A stretch of 64,000 bases of DNA from Flavobacteriales bacterium (lineage in GTDB: Bacteria > Bacteroidota > Bacteroidia > NS11-12g > UBA955), in NCBI GenBank assembly GCA_947487175.1, contig CANKVM010000001.1, positions 998 to 64,997 of the forward strand, given 5' to 3'. Positions 27,499 through 37,188 of the stretch are shown piece after piece. Made by a program: the position numbers and the translations under genes. The notes under the pieces are model-generated. The model searched no databases and was not told the origin of the DNA. It worked only from the letters and a program-made list of their open reading frames with translations. Numbering within the stretch: position 1 is the stretch's first letter; each line of letters begins with the position of its first letter.

Positions 27499-30400
27499 CT
27501 ATTTTTTCTTGTTTTCTGTTTTGCCCTGAGGCTTCTCAGTTTTCTCTGGTGCATCAAGGTTATTGTCTTTTAAACGCTTTTTAGCGTCGGCTAAGATTGT
27601 CTTGTCACTAAAGTTCTCAATGATGGTATTCCATGTAACCTTCGCATTGAATAAGTCGCCTTCTTTGGCAAATGCATCACCCAATAACAACAATGATTTA
27701 CCAACCCATAAATCATAAGCATTGAATAGATCAAGTACAGCGTAGCAAGCTTCTTTACAAGCCTCTATGCTATCTATTGTTAACAATAATTCTGCCTCTA
27801 AATATTTAGCTTCAGCACCAAATCGGGTGGTATTGTTCGTGTATAAATCTCTCAATGAAGCAAATGCTTTGGTTCTATCTCCACTGGCAATATCAGATTT
27901 GGCCAAAATCATCTTGGATTCAAATTTCATATCCTCATCCGAAGAATTGTCTTCCATCACCTTAGCTGCAACCTTTTTTAGTCCCTCCGTATTGTTAGAC
28001 TTTGAATAACAGAACATCAAAGATTTCCATGCTCTGCGCTGAATATCTTTTGATTTTGTAATTTGCTCAAGTATTTCAACGTATGGTAAAATTTCCTCAC
28101 AAGTAGCATTGTTTCCATAGATTCTCAATACAGACAAGGTCGCATCCTCTTTATATTCAATTGTATTGGCTTTCGATACATATTGATATCCCTCAATCGC
28201 TTTTTGAGGTTGTTTGAGCGTTTCGTAGGCCATAGCCTTGTAATAGTGAGCAGCAACCACAAAATTGCCGGCAGGCATTTCTTGCAAATAACTTTCAAAA
28301 CTTTTAGCCGACAAGGCAAAATCTTCACGGTCATATGCATTCATTGCGGTTTCATACATCAAACTATCTTCTTCCATTTTGGAAATCCCAAGTCTGGTAG
28401 ATGCCCATTTAATATAATCTTTGGCCCTTCCCGCATCGGTATAAATGGTTCTTACCATTTCGGCAGCTGATTTTGCTTCGTTTGTGCCTTGGAATTTATC
28501 GTACAAGCTGGTATAAGCTCCCACAGATTGGTCAATTTTCTTTTCGTTAAAATAAATCTTTCCAAGGGTAGAATACGCCCTTGATGTTAGCGCATTACCA
28601 GGGAATTCATTTAATATTTTGTTGTAGTAAACCTCCGCTTCGCTGAAACGTTTCGTTAACATATATTCTGTGGCAATGTCATTGTATGCATCAATTGTAA
28701 ATCGCGACTTTGGAAAAGCTTGATTCAATCGTTTCAATGAACCAACTTTTTCATCTGATTTAGACAATAATCCATAAATAATTCCACTTTGGTAAAGGGC
28801 ATAATCTGCATCCGCTCCATTTTTACCTGAAACATAGGCGTAGGCTTTTACTGAGCTTTCTAAGTTCCTTGTCATTATATAACAATCACCTAATCTTAAG
28901 TAGGCATCATGTACCAAACGTTCATCATAACGCATCCCTGAAACCTTACTCGTAAATTCAGAGAAATACATTGCAGCATCATTGTAATTTTTCTTAGTAA
29001 ACTGAATATAACCCAAACTGTAATAAGCATATGGAAACACGTCAATTTTATTAGATTGTGTCATGTCTAAGAAATCTTTAAAAGCAGTCATAGCAATTTC
29101 AGAATTTCCACTTTGCCAAATTGATTCTGCTTTCCAATATCCAGCCTCAGCAGAAAATGATTTGTTTGCTTGTTTTTTAATACATTTATCAAATAAACTT
29201 ATTGCACCATCCCAATTTCTACTTTTGTATAATTCCATACCACGGGCCAATGTTACTTTCTGATAAATTTCCTCAGTTTGAGGATCTAAATCTTCAATAC
29301 CCTCTAAAATAGCAACCGCTTCTCTGTACTTATCTGTATTTAACAATAAGCGTGCTTTTAATTTTGAAGCTTCTTTTGCATTTGCTGTTTTAGGGAAAAT
29401 CTTTATATACTTATCCAATAACGTTGTGCTATTCGACTCGCCCAATTGAACGGCAATTTTCGCTTGGGTAAACAGTGATAGTTCGGCAATTTCTTCATTA
29501 AAACCTGTGCGCCAAACTTCAGAATAAGCGTTCATGGCTTCCCTGAAGTTTTTCAACTTCAACAATGAATTACCCAATTCAAAACTTGCAATTTGAGCCA
29601 AACTGTCGTTGTTTTTTGCAACCAATCTAAACCAAGGCAAACTTGAATTATAATCACTAGTTTTGGCAAAAGCATATCCAATTTCAAATTGCTCCTGTGC
29701 CTTCATACTTTCAGGTGACATGCCTGAACGACCAAACGAAATAGATGCATTTTCGAAATTCTTCTTTCTAAAATAACATTTTCCTTTTAACCACTCAATG
29801 TCTTTCAAAGCAACTTTACTACTCGACAATTGATTCAATTCAGCAATAGCCTCATCATATTTTGATAGTTGGTAATATACCTGAGCAATATAAAATCTTA
29901 CTTTTTCAAACTTTTTATCTTTGATAGATTGAAAAGCCAACAAGGCATTTTCATAATCTTTTTCCATCAAACAGGCATATCCATAATAGTATTTACTTAA
30001 AGTTTGATATTCTCCGCCATGTTTTGAAACGGGTTCAAGCTCTTGCTTTGCCTCTTTGAATTTCTTGGTAAATACACAACAAAATCCTTTTCTAAACTGG
30101 AACTGATCGCGAATATCCAAACTCACACCGCCAAAATCAACGCTGTGATAATAACTTAATGACGTAGAATATTTTTCCTTCCTGTAATAAAAATCGCCCA
30201 ATGCCATATTTGCTAGGGAAGATTTTACTGAGTTGGGATTTTGATTCAAAAAACTCACAACAGAGGCAACGGCATCATCGTGTTCTGCTTTCAATTTCGA
30301 CATTGCGTAGTAGAAAGATGCATCGGTGTTAATTAATGTAGGATTGCTATTTCTAAAATACTCATCAAATTGAGAGATAGCAGCATTATATCTACCTTCC

Positions 30401-30516
30401 TCGTACAATTCAACTCCCCTATCAAAATAAATTTGAGGATATTGATTTACAGCATGTTGCTGCGCGTTCAATGATGAACACATTAACAATAGAATGAAAA
30501 ACAGAGATTTTCTCAT
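27499..30516 (-). CDS. large tetratricopeptide-repeat protein (1005 aa) with N-terminal signal peptide
   Basis: Signal MRKSLFFILLLMCSSLNA; repeated 34-residue TPR-like units with W/LG/Y/A/F/A/P spacing throughout (e.g. AISQFDEYF, ALLAFQSIK, AMNAYSEVW, AMTAFKDFL); basic C-terminal tail. Confidence 0.65.
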   Translation of the reverse strand: MRKSLFFILLLMCSSLNAQQHAVNQYPQIYFDRGVELYEEGRYNAAISQFDEYFRNSNPTLINTDASFYYAMSKLKAEHDDAVASVVSFLNQNPNSVKSSLANMALGDFYYRKEKYSTSLSYYHSVDFGGVSLDIRDQFQFRKGFCCVFTKKFKEAKQELEPVSKHGGEYQTLSKYYYGYACLMEKDYENALLAFQSIKDKKFEKVRFYIAQVYYQLSKYDEAIAELNQLSSSKVALKDIEWLKGKCYFRKKNFENASISFGRSGMSPESMKAQEQFEIGYAFAKTSDYNSSLPWFRLVAKNNDSLAQIASFELGNSLLKLKNFREAMNAYSEVWRTGFNEEIAELSLFTQAKIAVQLGESNSTTLLDKYIKIFPKTANAKEASKLKARLLLNTDKYREAVAILEGIEDLDPQTEEIYQKVTLARGMELYKSRNWDGAISLFDKCIKKQANKSFSAEAGYWKAESIWQSGNSEIAMTAFKDFLDMTQSNKIDVFPYAYYSLGYIQFTKKNYNDAAMYFSEFTSKVSGMRYDERLVHDAYLRLGDCYIMTRNLESSVKAYAYVSGKNGADADYALYQSGIIYGLLSKSDEKVGSLKRLNQAFPKSRFTIDAYNDIATEYMLTKRFSEAEVYYNKILNEFPGNALTSRAYSTLGKIYFNEKKIDQSVGAYTSLYDKFQGTNEAKSAAEMVRTIYTDAGRAKDYIKWASTRLGISKMEEDSLMYETAMNAYDREDFALSAKSFESYLQEMPAGNFVVAAHYYKAMAYETLKQPQKAIEGYQYVSKANTIEYKEDATLSVLRIYGNNATCEEILPYVEILEQITKSKDIQRRAWKSLMFCYSKSNNTEGLKKVAAKVMEDNSSDEDMKFESKMILAKSDIASGDRTKAFASLRDLYTNNTTRFGAEAKYLEAELLLTIDSIEACKEACYAVLDLFNAYDLWVGKSLLLLGDAFAKEGDLFNAKVTWNTIIENFSDKTILADAKKRLKDNNLDAPEKTEKPQGKTENKKK

Positions 30517-30600
30517 GATTTCAAAAGTAAGTGCAATGCAAGATTAAACTTTTTGCACTTCTTCACACAAATCAAAGTGCGCTAAAAAGTGTACAGTAAA

Positions 30601-31743
30601 TTAGTTGATTTCTAATTGCAACATATTTGCCAGCTTAATGGCATTTTCATTGTTGTTGAAAAGTTGACCCAATAACTCAATTCGATTAGATCTTTCAATT
30701 TCACAAAAATCTTGGGTAAAACAATCTTCTATAAATGAAGCAAATTGAACTGAATTATCTGAAATATGGCACAACCCTTCAACCTGGGTTTCATCAACCA
30801 TCGCTGTATTTGCCACCACGAATCTTCCACGGTATAGTGAATTCAATAATTTCAATTTGATTCCTGTAGATTGAAATGTAACCATGGCGTTCACATGAGC
30901 GCTTTCAATTAATTCCAAGATTTCCTCTGTAGAAATATTTGCCCTAAGCGTAATATTATTGTGCTTTGAAATGGCTTTTATTAATTTTTTTGAGGGATTT
31001 GACCCAGAAATAATACATGGTCTGTTTATCAATGGAAAAACTTCTTCTACCAAATAAAGTGCAGCACGGTTATTCTCCGGAACCGACAAATTTCCATGGT
31101 ACAAAACAAATTCACCCTTCCCCAATCTTGACACCACATCAGTATTGGCATGAAATGCCGGAACATACCGCGCATTTCCATAGGCTTTATTCAAATAATT
31201 GGTTTCAGCAGGCGATATTCCTGCAATTCCATTTGCTTGATTCAAAACACTTTCATATTTCCTTAACCGTTTAGCCTCAATCCTAAAGAATAATTTCTTC
31301 AAAAAACTATCTTCCGCCTGCTCCAATGCAGCATAATAATTATGTTCAACATTGTGTGCCCTAACTACCCTAATTCTGTCCATTAATAGCGGATGATTCA
31401 AATAATACGTAGTATGAAGTCCCTCAAATAAAATTGGCGAATTATCAACCAACAAATTTTGAAATAAATCTTTGTTTTTTCTAGTTTTTACGATGTAAGG
31501 TAATTTGCCAAAAAATGGATTTTTATATCTTTTTCGAGAGTAATAAATGGTTTTAAAAGTAACTTTTTCTAAGTCCGGCGCCTTTTCTTTGCCATCATAC
31601 AAAAACACATGGAGTGTTACAGAAATTCCTAACTTCTGCAAATGCACCAACTTAAAATACATGTCGGTTGAACCTCCGTAATTTGGTGGAAATGGCAAAT
31701 CAAAAGCGACCACATGAACGTGTTTGAATTTCATAGTTTCCAT
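30601..31743 (-). CDS. glycosyltransferase family 4-like (GT-B, retaining). Start placed at Met24 of the track ORF, where ATG overlaps the upstream stop (TAATG)
   Basis: C-terminal GT1/GT4 region (E..E...G.PV) weakly visible; architecture and length (380 aa) typical; translational coupling with upstream GT. Confidence 0.55.
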   Translation of the reverse strand: METMKFKHVHVVAFDLPFPPNYGGSTDMYFKLVHLQKLGISVTLHVFLYDGKEKAPDLEKVTFKTIYYSRKRYKNPFFGKLPYIVKTRKNKDLFQNLLVDNSPILFEGLHTTYYLNHPLLMDRIRVVRAHNVEHNYYAALEQAEDSFLKKLFFRIEAKRLRKYESVLNQANGIAGISPAETNYLNKAYGNARYVPAFHANTDVVSRLGKGEFVLYHGNLSVPENNRAALYLVEEVFPLINRPCIISGSNPSKKLIKAISKHNNITLRANISTEEILELIESAHVNAMVTFQSTGIKLKLLNSLYRGRFVVANTAMVDETQVEGLCHISDNSVQFASFIEDCFTQDFCEIERSNRIELLGQLFNNNENAIKLANMLQLEIN

Positions 31744-32825
31744 TAGAAGTAAATGTCGATTAGCCTTTGTGATTCCATTTCCCAATTCCAAACTTGTTTG
31801 GCCAATTGACACTGTTCTTTTAACGAATCGTATGCGATTTTATTGGAATATAAATTATCTAAGTTTTCCCTAATGGCATTTTCGCTATATGCAGTTGGCA
31901 ATCCCACTTGGAAATCTGCCAATAATTTCGTATATTCTGGAAAATCATTCACCAATGAAGGCAATTCAGCAGCCACGTAGTCAAAAAACTTATTATTCAA
32001 TGAATAATAATAACTTAGCCCTAAATTTTCACTCACATTATACCCTACAAATGCTCTTTTGGTAATTGAGGGAAGTGTTGAAGGCACCACAAATCCAACA
32101 AAATGGACCTTGTTTTCTAACTTTAATTGCTTGGTTTTTCTCTTTAACATAGAACTCAAATCCCCTTCTCCAACTATAACCAAATGATAGCTAGTATCAA
32201 CCAATACATCCAATAAAATTTCTAGCCCCCTCCCCTCGTTCAATGCGCCTTGATACAAAATAAAAGGTTCGTTAGGCAATTCAATATCGCAAAAATCCGT
32301 GCTTTCAGAAATTACAGGCATGTTCCTCACAACTGAAACAGGTATGTTATATTTATTCCAAAACCAATCGGCAATTGCGCCACCCACGGTATAAACTGTA
32401 TTTGAATGTTTGAAAGTGAACTTCTCTACCCACATCCAAAATTTTTGAACACCAGGACGGCTAATCACCTCTGGCACATGCGGAAACATTTCATGGGCAT
32501 CGTAAAAGTGTTTTTTATTTTTCAATTTACAAACCGCCAAACCTGGCAGAACTGTATCCAAATCTATTGAGCACAATTTATCAAAAGATTGAAAAAATAA
32601 ATAAAAAAACAAACGAATATTGAATTCTACATAAAACAATTTCCCCGATTGGGAAATGCAGTTCAATCTTTTTTGTTGGTAAGGCTTATTAGTTAATGCT
32701 ATTGAATCATTTCTCAAACGACCTATGAGCCAAACATCGGCTCCGGCATCGGCCAACGTTGAACAAATTCTGTTCATCCTTTGGTCGTAATTTAAATCGT
32801 TTGTTACAGTAAATAGAATTTTCAA
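31743..32825 (-). CDS. glycosyltransferase family 4-like (GT-B); start codon TTG overlapping recQ stop (TTGA)
   Basis: 360 aa; N-terminal MKILFTV GT-B start, C-terminal donor-binding region (GEGDL...KLENKVHFVGFV..., ...AFVGYNVSENLGLSYYYSL...) resembling the GT4 EX7E neighbourhood. Confidence 0.55.
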   Translation of the reverse strand: MKILFTVTNDLNYDQRMNRICSTLADAGADVWLIGRLRNDSIALTNKPYQQKRLNCISQSGKLFYVEFNIRLFFYLFFQSFDKLCSIDLDTVLPGLAVCKLKNKKHFYDAHEMFPHVPEVISRPGVQKFWMWVEKFTFKHSNTVYTVGGAIADWFWNKYNIPVSVVRNMPVISESTDFCDIELPNEPFILYQGALNEGRGLEILLDVLVDTSYHLVIVGEGDLSSMLKRKTKQLKLENKVHFVGFVVPSTLPSITKRAFVGYNVSENLGLSYYYSLNNKFFDYVAAELPSLVNDFPEYTKLLADFQVGLPTAYSENAIRENLDNLYSNKIAYDSLKEQCQLAKQVWNWEMESQRLIDIYF

Positions 32826-34708
32826 GCGCTCAAAAATAATAGATTATTTTCCGTTTTGCCCACTTTCTTTCTATCAATTAGTTCATTCAACACGGCAAAA
32901 TAATCATCCTTAAATTGGTGTGGCACATTCAAAGAAAAATCATCTAAAGAAATTTCAGTTGCAAGCAATTGAAATATTTGGGTTTGAATGGATAAAATGG
33001 TGGGCTTCAATTTGTATTTTTTGCAGTTATCACATTGACCGCAAGGTTCGTTTTTGATTTTCGTAAAGTGTTCAATCCAAAAAACCGACCTGCAATCTTG
33101 CAGATTGCTGTAATTCTCCATTTTTTGCACCGCGTTCATTCTTCTGGCTTTTAGCTCTTGAATAACCGACATTTTAAAAGAGGGATACATGGAACGGTCT
33201 TCCAAAAGAGTAACCAAAGGATCTTCTGTTCTTGGCAAATATTCAATCATTTTAGCTTTTTGTAATTGGGTTAACCATTGAATAATCTGTGTTTCAGTTG
33301 CCCTCACTCTTTTTGCCAACTGTATTTCATAAACAATTGCATGAGCATCAAATATCCCTCCAAAAGACCTTAAAAGGACATCAATAATAGGTTCATAAAC
33401 GGGGTAGCGCAGCTTAAAGTCGTAAACCGATTGAAAATCGTAAATAAATTTCACCCTTGAAGGTGTTTTTACTCCTTCACTTAATTGCCATTGCCCCATT
33501 GATTCAATTGCTTTTGCGGCATAATAAAGTTCGAACATTGGAATTTTATAATTGTCGGCAATTTTCTGAAAGTCTACAGGATAAGATACTTGGTAACCAT
33601 ATCCAGGAGCAATTCCAACGGAATTCATGATTGCATGGTATGCCCTATTGCAGGCTTGTTCTGAGGGATGTTGATTTTCTACATGCTTAAATAATTGGTT
33701 CCAATCTTGATGTTGGTGCAGCATAACACAATAGCTCAATTTGCCATCTCTTCCTGCCCTACCTGCTTCTTGATAATAATCTTCAGGCGTTGCTGAGGGC
33801 ATCATGTGATACACATAACGAACGTCGGGTTTATCTACTCCCATACCAAAAGCATTGGTGCAAACCATCACTCGAACCTTATTTTGAATCCAATCTTGCT
33901 GTCGCTTCGATCGTGTAACTGAATCCAATCCACCATGGTAAAAGTGAGCAGAAATATTATTTTTCACTAAAAACCTTGCAATTTCTTGGACTTCCCTTCT
34001 TGTATTTGAAAACACGATGCTACAACCTTGCGATTTTTGCAGAGAATTCAACAAGACGCCACTTTTGTTTTCAGTTTCAATGGCGTAAAAAACAAGATTA
34101 TTTCTATCAAAAGAACCTTGGTGAATTTGCACATTCCTTAATGCCAAACCCTGAACAACGTCATCTTGAATCCATTGTGGTGCACTTGCTGTAAATGCGC
34201 AAATTGGAATTTTGGGAATGAATTTTCTAATCTGGGAAATCTTCAGAAACGAAGGACGGAAATCCTTTCCCCACATAGAAACACAGTGTGCCTCATCAAC
34301 CACGAGTAATTTGATTGGTAAATTCTCTAAATACCCTTCGAAATTCTTGGAAGTTAATCTTTCAGGAGAAACATAAAGCAATTGGTAATGCCCTTTCAAC
34401 GCATTTTCCATAATGAGCTTTATTTCCGACCACGTTTGTCCGCTGTGAATATATATGGCCGATATCCCCTTGTCTTTGAGTCCATCAACCTGATCTTTCA
34501 TCAGTGCAATTAATGGAGAAACCACAAGGGTTAATCCGCCTAAAATCAACGCAGGAATTTGAAAACAAATACTTTTACCACCTCCTGTTGGCAACAATGC
34601 CAATACATCTTGCTGGTTCAAAATAGCGTGAATAATTTCAATTTGACCCGGCCGAAATTGATTGTATTTCCAATATTTGAGCAAGGTTTGCTCAGGTGTT
34701 GCAGACAT
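32822..34708 (-). CDS. recQ: RecQ-family ATP-dependent DNA helicase (628 aa paralog lacking an obvious HRDC domain)
   Basis: Motif 0/I (FRPGQ...LPTGGGKS), DEAH box VVDEAHCVSMWGKDFRP, helicase C motifs (HGGL..., QEAGRAGRDG); Cys cluster near C-terminus (CGQCDNC). Confidence 0.85.
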   Translation of the reverse strand: MSATPEQTLLKYWKYNQFRPGQIEIIHAILNQQDVLALLPTGGGKSICFQIPALILGGLTLVVSPLIALMKDQVDGLKDKGISAIYIHSGQTWSEIKLIMENALKGHYQLLYVSPERLTSKNFEGYLENLPIKLLVVDEAHCVSMWGKDFRPSFLKISQIRKFIPKIPICAFTASAPQWIQDDVVQGLALRNVQIHQGSFDRNNLVFYAIETENKSGVLLNSLQKSQGCSIVFSNTRREVQEIARFLVKNNISAHFYHGGLDSVTRSKRQQDWIQNKVRVMVCTNAFGMGVDKPDVRYVYHMMPSATPEDYYQEAGRAGRDGKLSYCVMLHQHQDWNQLFKHVENQHPSEQACNRAYHAIMNSVGIAPGYGYQVSYPVDFQKIADNYKIPMFELYYAAKAIESMGQWQLSEGVKTPSRVKFIYDFQSVYDFKLRYPVYEPIIDVLLRSFGGIFDAHAIVYEIQLAKRVRATETQIIQWLTQLQKAKMIEYLPRTEDPLVTLLEDRSMYPSFKMSVIQELKARRMNAVQKMENYSNLQDCRSVFWIEHFTKIKNEPCGQCDNCKKYKLKPTILSIQTQIFQLLATEISLDDFSLNVPHQFKDDYFAVLNELIDRKKVGKTENNLLFLSA

Positions 34709-34710
34709 TT

Positions 34711-35706
34711 TTAAGGAATCTGTACTTTTAATCGTTCTATGTGCGACAATAAATTTTTAACAAATTGATTTCTGGTTTTTTCGGAAATCTGACTCACCTT
34801 GTCACTTTTGGAAATCAGATTATTCAACCATGCTTCGGTTTGTTGGTTGAAATAATCATTCTTGGTTTGAATAAAATTAAAGGTATTATAACCCAAATAA
34901 CTCGCACTTTTATTGTCTGATTTCAAGTACACACAATTATTACCTATCATTAAATCACAAACGTAAAGAGTATAGTCCATATCTGAATACTCTTTGGTAA
35001 TAGGATTATATTTTTTTCCCACTTCGGCTTGTTTTTTCACCATTTCAATAAGTTGAATCAATTCGTTCAAAATATTCAGGTATGCTTCTTTGCTTTTGAA
35101 AAATCCAGCGGCCCAATAAAATTGCACCTGTTTCAGTGTGCTTTTTAACGTGTCTTCATGCCAAATTTCAGTTGAAGGAATTTTCATAAATGCTTCTCTT
35201 GCTTTTGCAGATTCTGCCGCCCATTCAGCTGGTACCACAACATCTTCCACACTCAATCCTTGAAATGCGGGAGAATTCAATGTGGATTTATTCCAATAAC
35301 ACATTTTAAATCTTGCCAATTCAGGGAAAAAGAAATTGTAAAAAACTGGCAAGTCTTCTGCAGCATACGTTACAGTAGCTGAGGGTGAAGATCTCAACCA
35401 ATCCAAATCTCCATGTAAAATTCTCAAGTAATTTGTAAATGATTCTAAGGTATCGGTTAATTTATTTGCTCTGAACGTTACCATATTGGTATGAGAGGCA
35501 ATCAAATTCGAGAGTGAGATATTAAATTGTTCGGCTATTTGCAAAGATTCTTCAAGTGAAAAATCAGTTTCACAACGCAATCTACGGTAAATACTATCGA
35601 GGCTCATCGACATTCTACTACTTAATTCTTCAGCCAAATTGATATGTGCGGGTACTGAATTCTTCAATAATTCAACAAATGCCATTTGAAATTTTCTTTC
35701 TGTCAT
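34711..35706 (-). CDS. hypothetical protein with N-terminal helix-turn-helix-like segment (331 aa), first gene of the recQ operon
   Basis: LAEELSSRMSMSLDSIYRRLRCE resembles HTH recognition helix patterns; remaining 250 aa unassigned; 2-nt gap to recQ. Confidence 0.45.
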   Translation of the reverse strand: MTERKFQMAFVELLKNSVPAHINLAEELSSRMSMSLDSIYRRLRCETDFSLEESLQIAEQFNISLSNLIASHTNMVTFRANKLTDTLESFTNYLRILHGDLDWLRSSPSATVTYAAEDLPVFYNFFFPELARFKMCYWNKSTLNSPAFQGLSVEDVVVPAEWAAESAKAREAFMKIPSTEIWHEDTLKSTLKQVQFYWAAGFFKSKEAYLNILNELIQLIEMVKKQAEVGKKYNPITKEYSDMDYTLYVCDLMIGNNCVYLKSDNKSASYLGYNTFNFIQTKNDYFNQQTEAWLNNLISKSDKVSQISEKTRNQFVKNLLSHIERLKVQIP

Positions 35707-35925
35707 AATTATTTTTTGCGTTAATCCGTAATTATTAAATCATTTTTAAGGAAATTCAATACTGAAAAAGGATTTTTTCTTAAAATTGATGATTCCCACA
35801 ACAAAAATGCTCTTTTTTCGCATTTAAACAAGGTTTTTTATGATTTTTTACTTTTTTCGTGTTTTCGTACACTTGTTTAGCAATATAATTACAATGATAT
35901 TTGCTATATAATTAAACCATAAAAT

Positions 35926-37110
35926 ATGAAAAAAACAGTCATTTATTCTTTGTTAATTTTCGCGTTTTTGATGTTAAATATTAACGATTTAAAGTCACAA
36001 ACAGCTGAAACCCAAAAACCTAGTATTGCCGTTGTAGACTTCGATAGCCGAGCGCATCAGATGAATCAGCAGCAAGTTATTCAGTATTTAATTAATGAAC
36101 TTATCCGTATTGGTCAGTATGAAGTAATGGATAAATACGACATTGAATATCTTGCAAAAAGAGACACATTAAAGTTAAGTGGCTGCTACTCTAAAATTTG
36201 TTTGCAAGACATTGGAAAAAGATTAAAAGTAGACAAAATGATTACCGGTTCTATTTCAGAATTGGGAAACAACATTGCTGTTACTTTTAGGGTGTTGGAT
36301 GTAAACAAAGGAGTTTTTGAAAAAATGAAAACCAGAGAGTTCTTATTAATTCAAGGAAATGACTTTCAAATGATACGTATTGTGTTGAATGAATTGTTTG
36401 ATATTCCAAATGATAAGGACATGGTTGATAAATTAACCAAAGTGTCTGAATTGGATAATTCTATTAACAATCCATACGAATTGCGTTTACAAAACGACGG
36501 TCCTAGAATGGGCGGTGTGTTTTTAACAGGAGTTGGTGCTGCTGTTTTAAAAGCGCCGGAAGCCAAAGGTGGTTATTCAGGAGGATATGGCTCAACTGCT
36601 GCCATGTTCCAATTTGGTTACCAATTTGAAAAACAATATTTGAACGAAGGTAATTTTCAAGCTTTGTTTGAATTTGTACCTATGATCACAGGATTGGATC
36701 AAGGAAGATTTATTCCAAGTATCAACTTCCTGAACGGAATTCGTAATAATACCACAGGTTGGGAATTTGCATTTGGACCAAACTTTTCTTTTGGGAGTTA
36801 TGCAAAAGGATATTGGGATAATCCAAGCAATACAACAGATTACTCAACGGGTTCCTTTTTATTAGAGGGTAGCGAGGATGCAAAAGCCTTTATAATAAAA
36901 AATCCAAATGCAAGTATAGAAGAACGCCCTGATAGCCGTGGTGATGTTCAAATTATTACCGGATTCCTATTTGCTGCGGGTAAAACTTTCCGCTCTGGGA
37001 AATTAAATTTACCTATCAACATTTTCTTTATGCCAAGTACGTATGGTATGCGTTGGGGTGTTTCTGTAGGTTGGAATGGAAAAGAACGCAGAATGTTGCG
37101 TCAAGATTAA
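35926..37110 (+). CDS. secreted hypothetical protein (394 aa); N-terminal domain CsgG/LpoB-like pattern, Gly/aromatic-rich C-terminal half suggestive of outer-membrane beta structure
   Basis: Signal MKKTVIYSLLIFAFLMLNINDLKSQ; IAVVDFDS...ITGSISELGNNIAVTFRVLDVNKG pattern; C-terminal alternating aromatic/Gly segments; strong terminator downstream. Confidence 0.5.
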   Translation: MKKTVIYSLLIFAFLMLNINDLKSQTAETQKPSIAVVDFDSRAHQMNQQQVIQYLINELIRIGQYEVMDKYDIEYLAKRDTLKLSGCYSKICLQDIGKRLKVDKMITGSISELGNNIAVTFRVLDVNKGVFEKMKTREFLLIQGNDFQMIRIVLNELFDIPNDKDMVDKLTKVSELDNSINNPYELRLQNDGPRMGGVFLTGVGAAVLKAPEAKGGYSGGYGSTAAMFQFGYQFEKQYLNEGNFQALFEFVPMITGLDQGRFIPSINFLNGIRNNTTGWEFAFGPNFSFGSYAKGYWDNPSNTTDYSTGSFLLEGSEDAKAFIIKNPNASIEERPDSRGDVQIITGFLFAAGKTFRSGKLNLPINIFFMPSTYGMRWGVSVGWNGKERRMLRQD

Positions 37111-37133
37111 TATAAATAAAGCAATATAGAAAA

Positions 37134-37162
37134 AGGCTGTTTCAATTGAAACAGCCTTTTTT
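37134..37162. terminator. bidirectional rho-independent terminator between convergent genes
   Basis: Palindrome AGGCTGTTTCAA/TTGAAACAGCCT (10+ bp stem) flanked by A5 upstream and T6 downstream. Confidence 0.7.
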
Positions 37163-37188
37163 GTTTTTAAATGTTTTATTAGGTGTCT

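Noticed and set aside
27499-30516. TPR protein as SprE/PorW lipoprotein
   Set aside because: Cys13 is preceded by L-L-M, which does not fit the classical lipobox, and the h-region would be very short; retained only as low-confidence possibility in findings
30517-30600. Possible hairpin (AGTGCAA...TTGCACT) between GT4 gene and TPR gene as terminator
   Set aside because: 7-bp stem with 16-nt loop and poor U-tract; too weak to call; region more likely carries the TPR gene promoter or a read-through junction
31744-31812. Longer N-terminus (23 extra residues) for the downstream GT4 gene
   Set aside because: Would overlap the upstream GT4 gene by 70 nt; ATG at 31741-31743 forms a TAATG coupled junction with the upstream stop
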